Shown: positions 19,126 to 28,866 of the stretch, piece by piece | How the letters are laid out: every line of letters starts with the position of its first letter | Position numbering within the stretch: the first letter of the stretch is position 1 | Source: a virus | Taxonomy: Duplodnaviria; Caudoviricetes | Strand: one strand, 5' to 3' | Virus record (IMG/VR): IMGVR_UViG_3300021185_003947 | DNA length: 64,000 nucleotides | The notes under the pieces: model-generated | Databases searched by the model: none | What the model saw: the letters and a program-made list of their open reading frames with translations, nothing else | What the model was told of the DNA's origin: nothing | Position numbers and translations under genes: made by a program

Positions 19126-20685
19126 TTACACTTTAAGGACACATTCTATCAATTTTTCTTCATCTACAGTAGACGATTCTAAAGCTACACCTACCATCAT
19201 AGCTCCATTAAATTCTTTACTTGCTCGGCCATTATGGTGTGTATATACTGGATCACCTTTATGAACTCCACCAACAACCCTTACTGGAACTCTTCCTTTA
19301 AGACCTAAAGCTTGACCAGGAGCGTCTGCATTCATTAAATAAGCAGGTTGAGCTGAAATTACGCCGACTGGAATTCCACTTGATGTGCAAGGAGTAGTTT
19401 CTTCAGTTTTATTAAATGACGCCATCATTACTGTTCCAACTGGATGCTCTTCGCTTGTAGTATATTTTTCTGCAAGGTCAGCATAATTTGCAGTTGCAGC
19501 ATTACCAGCAATTGTACCGGAAGATAATGTTTGTGTTGATGGATTATACATTAAATGTCCATCATCAGTATCAATATAAGGTCTTTGATAACCTGTGCCA
19601 TTATTATCGCTAAATAATACTTGGTAATTTACATCGTCATTTTTTTCATCAACTTTTACAAAATCAGCTTCGCCTCCAGAAACTGTACAAGCGCCAGTAT
19701 TTGCCATTGTAACATGACCAGATAATGCTGCAGTAGTAAAACCTGAGCCATTACCAATTAGAATTTGTGTGTCTGCTACTGTAATATCTGAAGGATCTGC
19801 TGCTGAAGAACTATTTCCAACTTTTACTGAATTTGCTGGCATATTGGCAAGCTTATCATTAGTCACAGCATCATCAGTTATTTGACCTGTTATTACTTGC
19901 CCTGCCTGAATACCTCCAGATGCTTGGCGACCAATTACAGTATTAGTTCCTGCTTGTACAGAGCCAATATCACCAGCAGCTGATCTACCAATAACTGAAT
20001 GATCTGGTATTGCTAAATCTCCTGGATCACCACTAGTACCTGCCTGGCGAGTTTTTATTGTATATCCTGCCATATTAGCAAGCTTAGCATTAGTTACTTG
20101 ATCATCTGATATCATATCAGTTTGAATTTGCACTTCTTCAATTGTTCCAGAATCTGTTTTACCAAGCACTCTATTTGCAGTTACGATGTCTTGCATTTTA
20201 TCATAGGTTACAACATCAGGCTGAATTGTGACCACGCCAGCATTTGTCATAAGAACATCTTGAGATAAAGCGGTAGATGTAAAACCAGTTCCATTACCAA
20301 TTAAAATTTGCTCGTTAGTAACTGCCTTATTTGATGATGCTCCAGTAGTTCCGGCATCTCTTACCTTAACAGTATTTGCTGGCATATCTTCTAATTTAAG
20401 ACCAGATGCTTCTTGAGTTAAACCGTGACCACCCGCTACTGAAAATGTTCCACTTGAATCTCCAGTAAGGTTTCCATTAACACTAGTTTTTAAAATTCCA
20501 TTTCCTGCATTATAGTTTCTTCGCACAGCTTTACTAAAATTTAAGGCTTTTACTATATTTGAATCATGGCCAGCATAGTCACTACTAAGATCATCTAGAT
20601 CACCGATGTGAGCAGCAATATTATTAGATTTTACTCTAAAAGTGTTAATTGTATCACTTAAATTTATAACTGTCTGTCTAGCCAT
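19126..20685 (-). CDS. Tail fibre-like protein with VTNxKLANM repeats and a C-terminal chaperone/autocleavage-like domain
   Basis: Repeated VTNAKLANM and ILIGNG[TS]GFT blocks; C-terminal NYADLAEKY...GRVPVRVVGGVHKGD. Confidence 0.72.
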   Translation of the reverse strand: MARQTVINLSDTINTFRVKSNNIAAHIGDLDDLSSDYAGHDSNIVKALNFSKAVRRNYNAGNGILKTSVNGNLTGDSSGTFSVAGGHGLTQEASGLKLEDMPANTVKVRDAGTTGASSNKAVTNEQILIGNGTGFTSTALSQDVLMTNAGVVTIQPDVVTYDKMQDIVTANRVLGKTDSGTIEEVQIQTDMISDDQVTNAKLANMAGYTIKTRQAGTSGDPGDLAIPDHSVIGRSAAGDIGSVQAGTNTVIGRQASGGIQAGQVITGQITDDAVTNDKLANMPANSVKVGNSSSAADPSDITVADTQILIGNGSGFTTAALSGHVTMANTGACTVSGGEADFVKVDEKNDDVNYQVLFSDNNGTGYQRPYIDTDDGHLMYNPSTQTLSSGTIAGNAATANYADLAEKYTTSEEHPVGTVMMASFNKTEETTPCTSSGIPVGVISAQPAYLMNADAPGQALGLKGRVPVRVVGGVHKGDPVYTHHNGRASKEFNGAMMVGVALESSTVDEEKLIECVLKV

Positions 20686-20917
20686 TTGATTCTACCATTT
20701 TCTTTGTTATTTGCGCCAGCATTTGTTTTATTTCGCTTACATCATTTTTCAACTCGGCAAGTTCTTTTTCTTTTTCAGCGTCTAATTTTTTCTTTATTCT
20801 AGCTCTATTGATAGCATCACTATTAATATTTAATATAGCACCACTATTTAAATCTTTAACTAAATTGGGATGGCCCTGAATTTTTATACTGTTTATTTTA
20901 CTTTTCACCTTAAACAC
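20678..20917 (-). CDS. Small coiled-coil hypothetical protein
   Basis: 79 aa, overlapping both flanking structural genes. Confidence 0.7.
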   Translation of the reverse strand: MFKVKSKINSIKIQGHPNLVKDLNSGAILNINSDAINRARIKKKLDAEKEKELAELKNDVSEIKQMLAQITKKMVESNG

Positions 20918-23900
20918 CCAATGCTATAACTCTTAAATCTTTAACTGTTGGAACTTTTGAACTATTATTAGCAAAGAATACTATTTTTATTTGAAACGTA
21001 GTAAATGCTGGTATAGTTCCATCAGTTCCACCAATTAAATAATTGTATTCTTTATATGAATATGGATCATCTGATATTGAAACTGGCGCTTCAAGTGTGG
21101 CAAGTTCCCAATTAATATCTGTCAATATAGTATCTTCTGTACCCGTTTTAAAATATACGTCAAATAAAGCACCGGTTGGTCTATTTGCTGCTAACATTAC
21201 TTTTAAACCAACTGCAGTATTTGTTAACGTTACAGGTTTTGTAATATGTTTAGCAAGCGCACTTCCACTAAATGGTGTTGTTTCTGCAGCATAATCGAAG
21301 ACCACGTTTTGACCAGAAGTAGCTACATCAATAGGTCTATCAATTTCATTTTTTGTAAGTACTAATGAAGCTCTTTGTAAATCTATTACTGGAGAAACAA
21401 ATGAACTTGTTGTACTTAATGATATTCTTAAAGATCCAGTATTAACTCCACCTAATCCACCAATACCTGTTGCAGTGTCTTCTTTTACGGCATTGGCTAC
21501 CATTATTGGATTTTCAAAATGATTTTTTTGATTAAGCGCAATATCAGTATATCCTCCAGCTGGCGCAATGTATGGTGTTTCTAATGCAACATTAGAATAT
21601 CCACTATAAATGCTTGCTTTTGGAATTACACTTGTTAAAGGTGGATTAAGCATTTGAACAATAGGATATAAAGTATTTCCTTGAATATTTTTAGTTGCGG
21701 ATATTACACTACCACCACCTTGAGCAGCTGAAGTAGCTGATCCTGCAGCTAATGTAATTTTATATCCTGTTGGATCTATATGCGTTATCGTATGAGTAGT
21801 GTTAAGTTGAACGGCTGTAACACCACCAACTGCTATAGCTCCAGTAATAGCAACTTTATCTCCAACAAATAAATTATGATTCTTATGGAAAACTCTTATT
21901 GAAGTTGGAGCTGAAGTATTTGTTAGAATTGGATTAGGACCTAATAATGCAAGAGGTAAATCTGCTGTATTAAGTTGAGCAATTGCTTGTATATTAGTAG
22001 CAAAATCAGCTCTATATAATGTAAATTTCATATCTTGTTCTTGAGAAGCTTCCCAAGTGGTACTGTTTTGCGACTTAAAGAAAGATCCTAAGAATGGTTG
22101 TTTTGTAATTCTTCTTGAAGTAGAACCTAATTCAAAGTCACCCATGAATGATGTCCATAGTAAATAATCAGTATTATCACATATACATACAACTGCATAT
22201 TCAGTTCTACCAGACAAATAAATCGGCTCATCAAAAGTAAATGTCGTAGGAAGCGATGCATCATCAGAAATACTAACATTTCCAGGTGATAAGTATTTTC
22301 TAGATCCTGGTACAATTGTATTTGATGCTGGATAGCCATTTACAAGAGGTCTTAATTCAATCCATACTGGTAATGTAGCATGCTTTGTTTTAAAATATAA
22401 ATCAATTTTGCAAACAAATATACCTTCATCTTGAGGAATATAAAACGATTGACCTAATGGATCCCTTTGCCTATTATCATCCTCCACCCGCACAGGTGGT
22501 ATAGGTCTCAATCTAGATCCAGTAACTACTCTACTACTACTTGAAACTCTAGAGCCAACTACAGTAAGATGTCGAGTAGATAATATTTGTTCTTGAAAAG
22601 TTTCTAGAGCGCCAGAAGCATTATATGATGTTACTGCAGATGATCCTACCACGCCTCCGTTTTCAGGAGTTTCTGTAACATCAAGTAACATAAAATCAGC
22701 TTGACCAGTTCTAAATTTAGTTGTACTATTATTGGGAATAAAAAATGATCCTGATATTCCTCCTAGTGCATCACTAAGTAAAGCACCTGCCCCATCCGGG
22801 TGAGTTGTAAGATTATTTGGTGATTCAAATTCAACTCTTGCTGAATTAATTCTATCAAAGTTTCCAGTACTTCTAACAAAATCATCCATTTTAACGTTAT
22901 TTAAGTATGCAAAATGATATGCATTTGGCCGCAACCCAATAGCTTCAAAACTAACTTTTCTACTTCTCATAAATGGTATAACTGCTACATCAATAATTCT
23001 ATCACCCAATGATGTTCTAATAGTTTCAGAAGCTACTACTCTATTTACAATTGAACTTGTGGTTTGGTCAAATCCCCAAACAGTTAATCTTCCACTAGTC
23101 TGAGAGAATGCTCGACTAGATGATGTTGTAGTTCCTGCTACTGTAGTTTCATCACCAACTTCAAGACCTTCAATATCATTACCTAACCAACCCCATTCGG
23201 ATTGATCAAAGAGAAGTGCTTGGTCAAGATTTAATCTTGTTCCACCATCTATTACTTTTGCCGCCGCTCTTTGATCTACTTTCCATTCATCTGATTGAGG
23301 AGATAGATTTATTGACCCATTATATATAGAAATCATATATGGATTAACATTTTCTGTACGAGATACAACTGTTTGACTGATATATTCAACATCTGTATAT
23401 TTAATGTAAACGTTATCTCCTTTTAGAACAGTATCTGGAGTATCTACACCACTAACAGTCCTTGAAGAAGAAGTTGCAGCATCATAAATAAGTCCTACAT
23501 TGTATTCAGTAAATGGTGGATGTAAAGTCATAGTTTTTGGATTAACTGAAGCTCTATATTCTACTGAATTAGTATTTGAATGAAATAGATCTTTAAAATT
23601 GTCTACAAGAAATCCAGATTTAGTTCTATTATTTCCACTGCCGTCAACTACTTCAAAAGCGTTTGTATCAAGTTCTAATAAACTAAGTGATACGGTTTCT
23701 TCAAGTAAATCTACTCGCTTATCGATTTTACCAATATCTTTCATGGTATAACCTTTATTTTCAACAAACTTAACGACCATGTCAGAAGAAGAAATTGTAC
23801 CACCATTAAGTGATGATCTATATAGTTCTAAAGATTTAGGTGGTTGAGATGGTAATACTGGATTATCGGCTGGAGTTCCTTCTAGATTTTCTAAAATACC

Positions 23901-26174
23901 CTCAGCATTTATAATGATTCTATCTTGTCTTGGTAGATAGTGCTCGATTCTAACATTTATGAGTGTATCGTTTTGAGGCAACTCGTTAACTACACCACCA
24001 GTTGCTCCGCCGACGTCGTTATATACTGTTCCGCCTGGTGCAATTGCTGATCTAAAATCTACTACATCTCTTAATTGAACTACTGTTCCATCTCTCATAA
24101 TATATTCTGGAATATCACCATATGCTGCTGGAAGACCAGGATAAGATCCTACCGCAAAACATACACCAGCTCCATGTTGATAATATGTGAATTCAACATA
24201 AACATTACCAGTAAGACTGCTTGTAGATTTTCTTATTAATTTTCCAAGACCATAAAAGCCATCTCGCTGACCATTATCGACTACAAATTGATCACTTACA
24301 TCTGCTCCGCTTGAAGATCCGGCTTTAATCATTGTTACTGCAATAATATCATTTTGATCTAAATCAACTGTACCAATACCACCACTTACAGAAATAGCAA
24401 TTGTCTTTTGCTGATTAGCCGAGATTGTTTTTGATCTAACAGAGATATTACTTGATTTTTTAACGTATGCTAATACTTCAACATCATTAGTAGCATGAGG
24501 CAAACTAGTAATTTGAATTGTTTGACTACCTGGCGATCCTATTGTTGCTGCGGTTGTAACTGTTCCACCTTGCATTACAATCCAATCACCAGTATTATCA
24601 AATACTTCTCCAGAAAGTGCTGTAAGTGTTATGGAATTACTTGAAGGTGTTCCAGTAAATTTTCTCATTACTGTTAAATTAACAATTGCAATATCTTTAG
24701 GTCTTTTATAAGGAACTTCAAAAAATAAATTATTATCATTTGCTTCTTTAAGAACTGCTCCAGCAGGGCTTCCTTCTAATACTAATGTTGAACATGCACT
24801 TGTACTAGGACCAATTTTAACTGCATCTCTAAAACTATTTGTACCTGTCATTACTACATCAAATATAAAGACTCTAAAGTTAGAACCAAATGCTGCCGGA
24901 GCATCAACGTGTCGTACTCTACAAGTTCCTAATACTGAATTATCAGCTTTGTAAATATTGACTGCTGGAAATGTAGTTTTTTGATTGCCACTTGGTGAAT
25001 CCATTGGTAATTCACCAACAAATCCTGATACAATTACATAGCTTCCATATTCTGCAGGAATAGAACTAATATCGCCAGTTGAAGTATTTCCAGCAAAAGT
25101 AGTAGCTTTATTAATAGCTAATGTCGTTTGAGTGGGACGATTAATTCTATGTCCATTCACATATGCTTTACCTGAACTTAATACCGCATTAAGTGTTGAA
25201 GCTGATCCAGAATCATATGTTAAATAAAATGGATCTACAACATAATTACCAGATTCTTCAGAAGTTCTTTGAGCAATTAAATCATTAATTTTATTGTATT
25301 GATTAAAACCAGTTGCTTGTTCGACTATTACAGAATTAATTATATTTGCAATATACATAAACGTTTCTAAACCTGGAGTAGATGGTTTAGTTGCAAGTGT
25401 TAACGTTATTCTATAACGATCAGCTCCAGGAGCAGAAATATTTGGAAATTGTCCTTGATTATCAAATAATGAAACGTCGTCAGATGCTGTAACAATATCT
25501 TGAACTACATTAAATCCTACAATTCCTGTAAAATCATTACTATATTTGGAAATAATTTTTGATTGCGATTTAGCATGGACAAAATGTCCTTGAGCAAAAT
25601 AATCACCAGCCGCAACCGATAGTCTTACACCTTGACCATATGATGGATCAGCATCTGTATGGTTAGCTTTAATTTTATATGACTCACTACCATTGTCTAT
25701 TTGAATAGTTTCATCTGGTAAAAATCTTAATGTAGATGTCCCAGCGGTTTGCGATCCTCCACTTCGATACATAATATAAAGTGTAGGTGGACAACTTGCA
25801 GTGCCATCGCCGTTTTCAGCAGAAATAATCTCAGCGCTAATGCCAGATGTTAATCCATTAAATATGGCACCTGGTACAGCTAATGTATTTGCCGGCCATT
25901 CAGTTGCAGGAGCTTGTAAAACACTAGGTTGTAATTTAACAAATTCAATATTAGCATTAATACTAATACCGCCTGGATTAACCATTGCTCCTTCTTTAAA
26001 GATATTTCTACCAAACCGCTCCAGATCTTTTTGAATAATAGTTTGAGACTGAGTTAGTTCTCTGGCCTGTAGAGCTCGCCGAGGATTAAAAAGAATTCTT
26101 TTAAACCCGTCACTATCGGAAAAATCATCCTTATAGGTAGCATTCATTAAGTTTTCTGAAAAAGTTACTGTCAT
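20910..26174 (-). CDS. Large virion structural protein (DUF4815/VrlC-like)
   Basis: 1754 aa; YKDDF...RILFNPRRALQARELTQSQ N-terminus; follows gp8. Confidence 0.8.
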   Translation of the reverse strand: MTVTFSENLMNATYKDDFSDSDGFKRILFNPRRALQARELTQSQTIIQKDLERFGRNIFKEGAMVNPGGISINANIEFVKLQPSVLQAPATEWPANTLAVPGAIFNGLTSGISAEIISAENGDGTASCPPTLYIMYRSGGSQTAGTSTLRFLPDETIQIDNGSESYKIKANHTDADPSYGQGVRLSVAAGDYFAQGHFVHAKSQSKIISKYSNDFTGIVGFNVVQDIVTASDDVSLFDNQGQFPNISAPGADRYRITLTLATKPSTPGLETFMYIANIINSVIVEQATGFNQYNKINDLIAQRTSEESGNYVVDPFYLTYDSGSASTLNAVLSSGKAYVNGHRINRPTQTTLAINKATTFAGNTSTGDISSIPAEYGSYVIVSGFVGELPMDSPSGNQKTTFPAVNIYKADNSVLGTCRVRHVDAPAAFGSNFRVFIFDVVMTGTNSFRDAVKIGPSTSACSTLVLEGSPAGAVLKEANDNNLFFEVPYKRPKDIAIVNLTVMRKFTGTPSSNSITLTALSGEVFDNTGDWIVMQGGTVTTAATIGSPGSQTIQITSLPHATNDVEVLAYVKKSSNISVRSKTISANQQKTIAISVSGGIGTVDLDQNDIIAVTMIKAGSSSGADVSDQFVVDNGQRDGFYGLGKLIRKSTSSLTGNVYVEFTYYQHGAGVCFAVGSYPGLPAAYGDIPEYIMRDGTVVQLRDVVDFRSAIAPGGTVYNDVGGATGGVVNELPQNDTLINVRIEHYLPRQDRIIINAEGILENLEGTPADNPVLPSQPPKSLELYRSSLNGGTISSSDMVVKFVENKGYTMKDIGKIDKRVDLLEETVSLSLLELDTNAFEVVDGSGNNRTKSGFLVDNFKDLFHSNTNSVEYRASVNPKTMTLHPPFTEYNVGLIYDAATSSSRTVSGVDTPDTVLKGDNVYIKYTDVEYISQTVVSRTENVNPYMISIYNGSINLSPQSDEWKVDQRAAAKVIDGGTRLNLDQALLFDQSEWGWLGNDIEGLEVGDETTVAGTTTSSSRAFSQTSGRLTVWGFDQTTSSIVNRVVASETIRTSLGDRIIDVAVIPFMRSRKVSFEAIGLRPNAYHFAYLNNVKMDDFVRSTGNFDRINSARVEFESPNNLTTHPDGAGALLSDALGGISGSFFIPNNSTTKFRTGQADFMLLDVTETPENGGVVGSSAVTSYNASGALETFQEQILSTRHLTVVGSRVSSSSRVVTGSRLRPIPPVRVEDDNRQRDPLGQSFYIPQDEGIFVCKIDLYFKTKHATLPVWIELRPLVNGYPASNTIVPGSRKYLSPGNVSISDDASLPTTFTFDEPIYLSGRTEYAVVCICDNTDYLLWTSFMGDFELGSTSRRITKQPFLGSFFKSQNSTTWEASQEQDMKFTLYRADFATNIQAIAQLNTADLPLALLGPNPILTNTSAPTSIRVFHKNHNLFVGDKVAITGAIAVGGVTAVQLNTTHTITHIDPTGYKITLAAGSATSAAQGGGSVISATKNIQGNTLYPIVQMLNPPLTSVIPKASIYSGYSNVALETPYIAPAGGYTDIALNQKNHFENPIMVANAVKEDTATGIGGLGGVNTGSLRISLSTTSSFVSPVIDLQRASLVLTKNEIDRPIDVATSGQNVVFDYAAETTPFSGSALAKHITKPVTLTNTAVGLKVMLAANRPTGALFDVYFKTGTEDTILTDINWELATLEAPVSISDDPYSYKEYNYLIGGTDGTIPAFTTFQIKIVFFANNSSKVPTVKDLRVIALGV

Positions 26175-26189
26175 ATTATTACTCTACTT

Positions 26190-27599
26190 TTATAGTTGGA
26201 TGATGACTTTAATGTCTTCGGATTGGTTTGCAGTTCGTTGAACTGATGCTCTATTATCTAGATATAATACATCTCCAGTTAATCTATCAACTTCAGCGTT
26301 ATTATCAAATGATTCCATTACACCTTCACCATTTCCATCTACTTCTTGAATAGTTTCACCTACATTAAATAATTTAAATCCTGTATCAGGAGATTGATGA
26401 TAGTGAATTCTTGTTCCACCTGAAACACTTGAATCTACGTTATCTATATATGCTTGTGCACTTGAGCTTACACCTTTAATTTTACGATCTTTACTAAATG
26501 CAATAGTATAAGAAGATAATTTCATATTTCTTGTAGCTATGCCAGTAAGCTCTGTAAAGAGACCTGTAGAATCAGGTTGAAGTGGATTTTTAATAAGACC
26601 AACTTGTCTAAAATCCTGAGATAAAATAAAATCATCATCAGCATCTAAAATTTTAGATCTAAACATTACTGCATCAGCTTTTAAATCTTTTCTAGCGTCA
26701 AATCCAAATCCTGGAGTTGGACCTACAACTGGCCTTGCTCGTGCACTATCTCCACCAGATCCATCTGGTAAAATAATAAGTTCAGCATAATCATAACTAT
26801 CTAAATAATTTAAAGTAGAGCCAGCTGATTTAGTTTGAATTGCTGTAATTGTTCCATTATCTGAGTCAATAATAGGTTTTAAAAAGTTTGCGGCGGAATC
26901 ACCAAATGTTAATGTACCGTTACCTCTAATAACAAGATTAGGAATTGCGCCGGCAGTGCCATATCCACTACCACCGTTTGTCATTACAAATGAAGTGATT
27001 CTACCTGGTACAGCATTTTGCTGAATTTCATATTGTTTAATTTCAATACCAGTAGAATTAGAATCAGGTGCAGTTTCTTGAATATGAACAGGCATATATT
27101 GAGAAGATAAAAAGAAATTTGCTTTCAAAGCACTGATTGTATAAAGAAATTTCCATACATAACCATCAGATGTAGAAAACGGCGCAACATTTTCATTGCC
27201 ACTAGGTTTAACAAGAGATGGTTGTGGGACTCCTTGTTTATTTACACCCGTTCTTAAACAAATATATACTCCAAAATTATCTGTTAAAACATAATATCTT
27301 TTACCAACACTTAAACTTCCTGCTCGTCGGTCATCCCATTGTGGATAAATTGTTCCATATACCCAATCTTGTCTTGGTACAATAAAACTGGCTGCTTCTA
27401 CTTTTTTAACAGATTGAAGTTTTTCTTTAAAATCAATTGCATCAAATTTTGAGTTTAATGGGGTGGTAGCGGCATCATTACTATCCCATTGTTCAGATCT
27501 GCCAATTCCAATATAATACTCATTACCAGCTGAATTATAATCAGCTAATAACTCTTTTAAAATATTGTGTTTTAAATCATCAGTGACGATAGCTACCAT
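26190..27599 (-). CDS. gp8: Baseplate wedge subunit gp8-like
   Basis: YYIGIGRSEQW, PRQDWVYG, YICL, SDGYVWKFLY motifs; late promoter at 27665-27672. Confidence 0.85.
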   Translation of the reverse strand: MVAIVTDDLKHNILKELLADYNSAGNEYYIGIGRSEQWDSNDAATTPLNSKFDAIDFKEKLQSVKKVEAASFIVPRQDWVYGTIYPQWDDRRAGSLSVGKRYYVLTDNFGVYICLRTGVNKQGVPQPSLVKPSGNENVAPFSTSDGYVWKFLYTISALKANFFLSSQYMPVHIQETAPDSNSTGIEIKQYEIQQNAVPGRITSFVMTNGGSGYGTAGAIPNLVIRGNGTLTFGDSAANFLKPIIDSDNGTITAIQTKSAGSTLNYLDSYDYAELIILPDGSGGDSARARPVVGPTPGFGFDARKDLKADAVMFRSKILDADDDFILSQDFRQVGLIKNPLQPDSTGLFTELTGIATRNMKLSSYTIAFSKDRKIKGVSSSAQAYIDNVDSSVSGGTRIHYHQSPDTGFKLFNVGETIQEVDGNGEGVMESFDNNAEVDRLTGDVLYLDNRASVQRTANQSEDIKVIIQL

Positions 27600-27685
27600 A
27601 GTTTATTTCCTATCTTAATATGTTCAAATTGTAATACTAAAAATATTAATTCTGTTGTTGGTTATATTTATATAGTTTTTTGCCT

Positions 27686-28864
27686 TTATGGTCTTAAATC
27701 TGAATCATAAAGTGGATAAGCTTGTGTCATATCAGAATCTGCAGCAAAGTGAGATGCACCAAGTTCAGCATATGCAAGCGATGTAGTAATAATAGATGGA
27801 TACGGAGTTTTCATATAGCTTGGATTATCTCCAGTGCCAACATAGAATGATGGATATGTTCCATAGTAACCATAAGAATCGATACCGTTTCCAAGATGAA
27901 GCGATGGATTACTATCAACTCTAATTAAAGTAGCACTATCAGTTGTTGTATTCCAACTTTGTCGTGTTTGTGCTGCCCAAGCATATGTAGTAGGATATGC
28001 TGCATTTAATTCAGCTATAGTTCTATTTAAATAAATATTTTCGCTTAATGGTCTAACATGTAATCGATAGTTATAAGAAATTCCATTATATACTTCTGAT
28101 ACAAGAGCAGTAATATCAACTAACTGTAAAGTATCTTCAACTGGTCTTGTTCCAAGTGAATCATATATAAAATTATCTGATAAATTTGCATTACTAATTA
28201 CAGAAAATGGAAAAGTATCTGCAAATGGTACGGGTGCAGCTGAGATTGCAGCATTAATTGCCGGCTCTTGAATTACTATTTCAGCCGCTAAATGAAAACC
28301 TGCGGGATGTACAAATTTCTTATATAACTCTTCCCACTCTGGCATACCTCTATCTGTTCTAATAAGGTGTGATAATAACTGATATATTCCGCCATCCTGT
28401 ATAACTTTTTGTTGGTCCACACCAATTTCAGAACTACTATCATTAAGATAAAACAAATCATTTTTTGGATAATGTATTTCGGCATCGGTTAAAAAGAAAG
28501 CTCTAAAAAATCCTTCAGATGAATATTTAGAACCTTTTACTCGATAAAATTTTGCAAAATTACGAATAATTTCTCTTGGCTTAACTGGGAATTTTTTAAT
28601 GCCTACACCTAAAGCAAATTCATTTAATAATAAATCTAATTGTTGTAAAGAATTATCTTCAATATCTCTACAAGTGTAAATATCTTTTATTAAACTACCA
28701 AATCCTTCAGCATCCATAAAGTCATAATAATATTCTAAAAATAAAATAATATTTGGATATTCTTTAATAAAATATTCTGGTAAGATTTCTTTTACAGAAC
28801 TCCTATGTAATTCTAATGGAAGTCTATTAAAATCTTTTAATGTTCTTTCGCGGCCATTTGACAT
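27686..28864 (-). CDS. Baseplate wedge initiator gp7-like (short form)
   Basis: ILPEYF..EYP...FLEYYY and FYRVKGS motifs; lies between gp6 and gp8. Confidence 0.65.
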   Translation of the reverse strand: MSNGRERTLKDFNRLPLELHRSSVKEILPEYFIKEYPNIILFLEYYYDFMDAEGFGSLIKDIYTCRDIEDNSLQQLDLLLNEFALGVGIKKFPVKPREIIRNFAKFYRVKGSKYSSEGFFRAFFLTDAEIHYPKNDLFYLNDSSSEIGVDQQKVIQDGGIYQLLSHLIRTDRGMPEWEELYKKFVHPAGFHLAAEIVIQEPAINAAISAAPVPFADTFPFSVISNANLSDNFIYDSLGTRPVEDTLQLVDITALVSEVYNGISYNYRLHVRPLSENIYLNRTIAELNAAYPTTYAWAAQTRQSWNTTTDSATLIRVDSNPSLHLGNGIDSYGYYGTYPSFYVGTGDNPSYMKTPYPSIITTSLAYAELGASHFAADSDMTQAYPLYDSDLRP

Positions 28865-28866
28865 TA

